Shown: positions 57,324 through 64,000 of the stretch, one piece after another
Layout: the number at the start of each line of letters is the position of its first letter
Numbering within the stretch: position 1 is the first letter of the stretch
Assembly: GCA_964016885.1 (NCBI GenBank)
Contig: OZ024742.1
Coordinates: 176,514,001-176,578,000 of the forward strand
Length of the DNA stretch: 64,000 nt
Direction of reading: 5' to 3'
From: Eledone cirrhosa
Lineage: Eukaryota
The notes under the pieces: model-generated
What the model was told of the DNA's origin: nothing
Databases searched by the model: none
What the model saw: only the letters and a program-made list of their open reading frames with translations
Made by a program: the position numbers and the translations under genes

Positions 57324-59469
57324 GATCGAGTATCGAAAAATCGGCGCACGAGTTCACGATAAACGAAATTCGATATGAGCGGCAGAGGGCTCAATAATTC
57401 AGATGAATCAGAGCTATAACTATCGTTAAAATACCGTCACATATAGAACAAGTCTACAATCAACCATACGATTTAAAATCGATAAAGGAAGATTCGGGCC
57501 AAACAGATAAAAAATATCAATAAAACAATACGTCAATAATTTAAATGAATGTAAAATCATACCCGGACCCACTAGAAAGGTGTTAAATCTAGCTTCATGG
57601 GTTTCTGTAAATCCTTAGACTGTACTCTATCAGCTCACATATAAATATAAAAGCCTACTAGAATAAGTGGAACGGAGTTTACGTTATCAACGAGTTTTTT
57701 CCTGGCGGCAGAGGAGTCAACTAGCGGTGAAAAACGCACATGGCATTAGACAAGGGAGATGACCCCTATATCCGCGAAAACAATTCGAGTGAATGTGGAA
57801 ATACACATATCGAATTAGAGTGCTCAATAGACATGTTAAAATAAAACAAAAGCTATTCATCACTCAATAGAATCGACAAAAAATGAGCAATAAAATTAAC
57901 TGGTGGATAGCTATGTCCAGAGCTAAATATATTAGAAAGATCGAGTATCGAAAAATCGGCGCACGAGTTCACGATAAACGAAATTCGATATGAGCGGCAG
58001 AGGGCTCAATAATTCAGATGAATCAGAGCTATAACTATCGTTAAAATACCGTCACATATAGAACAAGTCTACAATCAACCATACGATTTAAAATCGATAA
58101 AGGAAGATTCGGGCCAAACAGATAAAAAATATCAATAAAACAATACGTCAATAATTTAAATGAATGTAAAATCATACCCGGACCCACTAGAAAGGTGTTA
58201 AATCTAGCTTCATGGGTTTCTGTAAATCCTTAGACTGTACTCTATCAGCTCACATATAAATATAAAAGCCTACTAGAATAAGTGGAACGGAGTTTACGTT
58301 ATCAACGAGTTTTTTCCTGGCGGCAGAGGAGTCAACTAGCGGTGAAAAACGCACATGGCATTAGACAAGGGAGATGACCCCTATATCCGCGAAAACAATT
58401 CGAGTGAATGTGGAAATACACATATCGAATTAGAGTGCTCAATAGACATGTTAAAATAAAACAAAAGCTATTCATCACTCAATAGAATCGACAAAAAATG
58501 AGCAATAAAATTAACTGGTGGATAGCTATGTCCAGAGCTAAATATATTAGAAAGATCGAGTATCGAAAAATCGGCGCACGAGTTCACGATAAACGAAATT
58601 CGATATGAGCGGCAGAGGGCTCAATAATTCAGATGAATCAGAGCTATAACTATCGTTAAAATACCGTCACATATAGAACAAGTCTACAATCAACCATACG
58701 ATTTAAAATCGATAAAGGAAGATTCGGGCCAAACAGATAAAAAATATCAATAAAACAATACGTCAATAATTTAAATGAATGTAAAATCATACCCGGACCC
58801 ACTAGAAAGGTGTTAAATCTAGCTTCATGGGTTTCTGTAAATCCTTAGACTGTACTCTATCAGCTCACATATAAATATAAAAGCCTACTAGAATAAGTGG
58901 AACGGAGTTTACGTTATCAACGAGTTTTTTCCTGGCGGCAGAGGAGTCAACTAGCGGTGAAAAACGCACATGGCATTAGACAAGGGAGATGACCCCTATA
59001 TCCGCGAAAACAATTCGAGTGAATGTGGAAATACACATATCGAATTAGAGTGCTCAATAGACATGTTAAAATAAAACAAAAGCTATTCATCACTCAATAG
59101 AATCGACAAAAAATGAGCAATAAAATTAACTGGTGGATAGCTATGTCCAGAGCTAAATATATTAGAAAGATCGAGTATCGAAAAATCGGCGCACGAGTTC
59201 ACGATAAACGAAATTCGATATGAGCGGCAGAGGGCTCAATAATTCAGATGAATCAGAGCTATAACTATCGTTAAAATACCGTCACATATAGAACAAGTCT
59301 ACAATCAACCATACGATTTAAAATCGATAAAGGAAGATTCGGGCCAAACAGATAAAAAATATCAATAAAACAATACGTCAATAATTTAAATGAATGTAAA
59401 ATCATACCCGGACCCACTAGAAAGGTGTTAAATCTAGCTTCATGGGTTTCTGTAAATCCTTAGACTGTA
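57316..59469. repeat. 615-bp tandem repeat, 3.5 apparently identical copies
   Basis: attagaaagatcgag starts at 57316, 57931, 58546 and 59161; the array is bounded by (TA)n. Confidence 0.97.
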
Positions 59470-59538
59470 TATATATATATATATATATATATATTTAATA
59501 AAGAAGAAATTAAAAGATCATTCAAAGAGATCCATATA

Positions 59539-59606
59539 TTTTATTATGCACATTTCGAATACAAGATCATCCTGGGACAAACATTGTGTTCTCATCAGAT
59601 ATAAAA
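59539..59606 (-). ncRNA. Type I minimal hammerhead within fold-back 59495-59755
   Basis: Reverse complement: tat-CTGATGA-gaacacaa...ttgtattc-GAAA-tgtgca-TA-ata. Confidence 0.72.
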
Positions 59607-59834
59607 AGGTAATATGATATGAGGCATAAAAGCACTTGTTTACAGGAGAGTGCTAAGTCTACATATGTAGACTTAGCAATTTCGTATTCGAAATGCGCAT
59701 AATAAAATATATGGAACACTTTTAACGATCTTTTAAATTCTTCTTTATTATAAATATTTCAGTTCTACCAACTGTTGATTGCTACTTATCTGATATATGC
59801 ATAGTTTTATTGTTCTTCAATATTACTCACCTTC

Positions 59835-59948
<114 letters not shown>

Positions 59949-59973
59949 TATATACATATATATATATATATAA

Positions 59974-60742
59974 TCTATATATATTAAACTGTGGTTGTCT
60001 GTCTATCGATTTTTGGCACACATCTCCTCTTAGAATCTCTCACGGAATTGCACCGAAATTGCTATACTTGTACATTGAGCCCTAGCGAAGACATCGGAAA
60101 AAAAAATTTCAAATTGACCCACCCTATGTGACGAAATCGAATATAATGTATCGATTTTTGAGCGTAAGTTATCAGTTATTTCCCTTTTTTCTGTTTACAT
60201 TGAGCGTCTTACGTAAAAAATTACGCTGGCTTTCTCAGCGTTTAAAATGACATTAACACAATACACGAACATTCGAACACTTAGCTTCCGTTTAGCTTCA
60301 TTTCCATTTAAAAGCATTTTAAAACAATATTTTTACTTGAAAACAAGTCTATTTAAAGACTACGTAAAACAAGCAAATATTTCAGGCGTGCAGACAGACA
60401 GTCGTGCAGAGAGGTGATATAGGCGTGCAGACAGACATAACTGATAATTTGGTTGCGCTAATGTTTTTCTCTGCGTTGCAGTGTTTACATTTTCGATCTT
60501 TGTTAATAAATAACCAGTGCAGTTTTTATCCCCAGCATCCTCTTTTGTTATAACATTCGGGTTATCGTTATGTTTTCTTAACTTCATAAGGCATATTGTT
60601 GGTTGAGGGAATATTAATCAAAAACACCACATGCAAGTCTGCACAGTAGACACTACAGTTTTTAAGCCAAAAAAGAAATTTAACATTGTAACTTTAACAC
60701 AGCTACTGAGCGACCCCGAGCAACGCCGGGCTTTACTGCTAG
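59974..60742 (+). mobile_element. Non-autonomous Helitron
   Basis: A|TCtatatat... cccgagcaacgccggg hairpin, 8 nt, CTAG|T. Confidence 0.82.
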
Positions 60743-60807
60743 TATTATATATATATTTATATATACATATATATATATATATATATTTATATATACATAT
60801 ACATATA

Positions 60808-60920
60808 TCAAATCCCGCCGAGGTTAACTTTGCCTTTCATCCTTACGGGGTCGATAAAATAAAGTACCAGTAATGTACTGGGTAATTGCTGGCCTTGTGC
60901 CAAAAGTAGAAACAATTATA
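60808..60920 (+). mobile_element. 5'-truncated SINE
   Basis: Family core and tail. Confidence 0.85.
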
Positions 60921-60986
60921 TATATATATATATATATATATTACTTCAAAATATTAATAAATATAGACATTCATGTGATCCAATAT

Positions 60987-61050
60987 ATTTTATTATACAT
61001 ATTTCAGAGGTACTGAGCTATTTCAACAGTACGTCCTCATCAGATAAAAT
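60987..61050 (-). ncRNA. Type I minimal hammerhead (solo pLTR end)
   Basis: Reverse complement: attttat-CTGATGA-ggacgtactg...cagtacctct-GAAA-tatgta-TA-ataaaat. Confidence 0.8.
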
Positions 61051-61669
61051 AAGTTGATGCCTGACATACCTTGACTATGTTGATGGTTATAATTTAGTCA
61101 TATATATATATATGTTCCTTTTTATTACGGCTAAAACGTGAGTCATATTCTCTGGATTTTGGCCTTTTCATCACAGGGTAATCAGAATTCTCGTCTGATA
61201 ACACTCTGATAAGGAGGCGAAACTCCAACGTAACAAATTTCACATTTTAGCCTTGATGAAAATGATTATTAAAACTCTACTTTGGTATTGAGTACACCTT
61301 TCTGTCAGCCACCAATCACATACGGATATATATATAAATATATATATATAAATATATATATATAAATATATATATATAACTTTGATAGGTTTCGGCCAGT
61401 ATTGGCTCAAGCAATGTCTTACTTAACAGGACCACATGGCGAGTCTTTCAAATCAGGATTTGAACACAATGGCCTACTCATGTAGAGAGTTATTGTTTAC
61501 GGAGAGTTATTGTATACGGTTGTAGAAGGTTTATCCGGTATTCTGTGGAGGAATGTGAAGGGAAGGCGAAAGTCGATTAAATTGACACCAGTGCATTACT
61601 GGTACTTTATTTTATTGAGCCTGTAACGATGAAAGGCAAAGCTAACCACGATAATGAAAATATGTAGAC

Positions 61670-62016
61670 CCAGCACACTGTCTCCTGGAACACCACTACT
61701 GCTTTGTCTGTGCTTGATTGTAGTCCTTCGACTACAACATGTTGGGCTCTGATTGTTAGGGAACACTTGATCCACCGCAGAAACTTTCCAGAGACACCAA
61801 TTTTTGATAGGTTTGTCAAAGACCTTGCCGAAATCAGGGTTGATTATATCAATGTTGGAGCATTCCCAAAGCTCTTAACATTTTATCAAAGTGATCTAGA
61901 AGCTGCGTTAGGCAATCCTTTCCATTACGAAACCCATGTTGGTTGGAGTTCAGCAGATTGTTGTTTTTTAGGAAAGTGGGTTATTCGCGATCTCACCACT
62001 CTCTCAAATACTTTAA

Positions 62017-62018
<2 letters not shown>
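61670..62018 (-). pseudogene. CR1-like LINE RT fragment
   Basis: IIKVFERVV, QHGFR, NVDIIYPDFGKVFDK, GVSGKFLRWIKCSL..RAQHVVVEG across frameshifts. Confidence 0.75.
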
Positions 62019-62072
<54 letters not shown>

Positions 62073-62675
62073 CAAAGGAATTGTGGTAAGGAACCAGATG
62101 GACCATAACGCACCAGAGTACTCAAAACTTAGGGTAGTAGAGTGGGAAATAGGAAAATGTATGATCCCGACGGCAGAGCTCTGCTGTCGGTGTCATACTT
62201 TCGTCAAATCGGACTGAAGAAACAATGTTTCCATTGTTCTTTCTAATTGGTAATATTCTCTATCGGTTGTAACTCCAGGTAGAAGGAGCAACGTGAAAGG
62301 GATAAAGTGCCTTGCCCATCAAATATATTGCAAAATATATTTTCAAGGATAGAGTAATTGTGTATCTTGGATTCATAGGATCTAATGTGGTTTAATTCAG
62401 AGATTATATTTATATTTAGAGAAAGTGGACGAAATAAAACATATAACATCCTTCTGTTTTACAGGGATTAAATGGTAGGAGATATAGTTTAAGAAGTATT
62501 GTCAGTGTCACCCCCAGTCAAAAGAGTAAAATACATAAAGGGTAAAGACACCCTTTGTTCACAAAGAAATGATAGTATCATGTGGAAGACCAGACGTCTA
62601 TTGAAATATACATATATACATAAGTATGTAAAAAGTAAACAGAAATATCAAAGGAAACGACACAGTATGGCTGAA

Positions 62676-62742
<67 letters not shown>

Positions 62743-62758
62743 ATCTCTCTCTCTCTCT

Positions 62759-62874
<116 letters not shown>

Positions 62875-62911
62875 ATTAATAAATGGAAAATATCTTTACA
62901 AAATCATATTT

Positions 62912-62970
62912 ATTTTATTATACCTATTTCAAGGGTACTAACATTTAAGTACGCTTTCGTCAGATAAAAT
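62912..62970 (-). ncRNA. Type I minimal hammerhead (solo pLTR end, family of 1593/5166/8387)
   Basis: Reverse complement: attttat-CTGACGA-aagcgtact...agtaccctt-GAAA-taggta-TA-ataaaat. Confidence 0.8.
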
Positions 62971-64000
62971 ATAATATTTGGTGTTAAGATAGTGACATAC
63001 CTTCATGTGATCTTAATGGTATAAGCCCACAGATAAATATTATAGAGTGCTTCTAATCTGTTGTAAAATTAACTTTGTTGAATAATCAACAAATCATATA
63101 ACTCATTGTTTATATATATATATATACAGAATGATATAACACTATTTCAGTCATATTACACCTTTAATAGTTCAAAGAGCATATAGGTGAAAATCTATTA
63201 TGTGTGGAACTTCATTTTTCCAAAATTATATTTAGATGTAAACATTTAAATAATATTAAAAGTTAGTATTGCATGCAAAAAATACATTTTAAAATAAAAA
63301 ATATAATTTCACCTACAAATTCGTGTTTACACCACGATTTCGTTCAGATAAAGGAATATATATTAATTAATTAATAAATTAAGACGCCGAAAACTCATCA
63401 GTAGGCAATGTCTTAAAACATACCTTATGTCTTTTACAAGAAAATTCAATTGAAATACTTTGTGTTGTTACATGTCTAGACAGCAAAATCCTTCTCTCAG
63501 GAAAAGACATATTAATATTATAAATAAAATTCCACGGGCTTTTAGCTTTAAAACAGTAGACCCGATGTCAAAAGCGAGAGGTTAAAAGTGAAGGTAGAAA
63601 TAGACGCATGAAAACGTTTAATTAAAAAGAGCTCTACCTAGATTAATTTAATTTATTTAATTAAAGGGAGTAGCAATAATATGAGAATATACTAAAATAA
63701 AATTATTTCTGTCATACCTTAAATATCTCAAATACTATGTAGACTAAACACTATCAATTATAGAACTTCGCATTTTTCTAAAATTATATCTAGTAGTAGA
63801 CATTTACTGTATATATATATATTCAAAGAAAATCTCAAACACGAGAATAGCTGTGAAAACCGCTTTAGAAAAACAGCCTATTTACAAAAAAGTGGGCCAT
63901 ATCTTTTTTATTTCCTCTGGCCCCATATGCAGCGCAAAAGCATTGCGGAAGTGCGCATAATCAAATAAATTTCATTATGTAATAACTGTTTCTACTTTTA

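Noticed and set aside
63312-63396. Minus-strand CTGATGA...GAAA with ccta/tagg helix I
   Set aside because: The cleavage triplet ends in G and helices II and III are poor.

Overview
This is eukaryotic, AT-rich, repeat-dominated DNA with dense (TA)n/(CA)n microsatellites. From recall of the tRNA-SINE sequence it is probably cephalopod (Octopus-like); that is not database-checked. No host gene is recognisable, and most ORFs in the track are microsatellite artefacts. The window holds many decayed Penelope-like retroelements (PLEs; RT plus GIY-YIG) from at least four lineages, often with inverted or tandem pLTRs. It also has about 15 copies of one tRNA-derived SINE, non-autonomous Helitrons, CR1/RTE/R4-like LINE fragments, a 1.36-kb tandem duplication and an apparently identical 615-bp x3.5 tandem repeat. 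Reading both strands by eye gives more than 20 type I hammerhead ribozyme (HHR) motifs, including U4C, U4A and compensatory C3U/G8A core variants. The top candidate for something new is a ~500-600 nt non-coding element family with a hammerhead-like core whose three strands lie in a non-circularly-permuted, pseudoknotted order. Linker lengths are invariant and stems covary across four diverged copies, but no helix II is visible, so activity is unproven.
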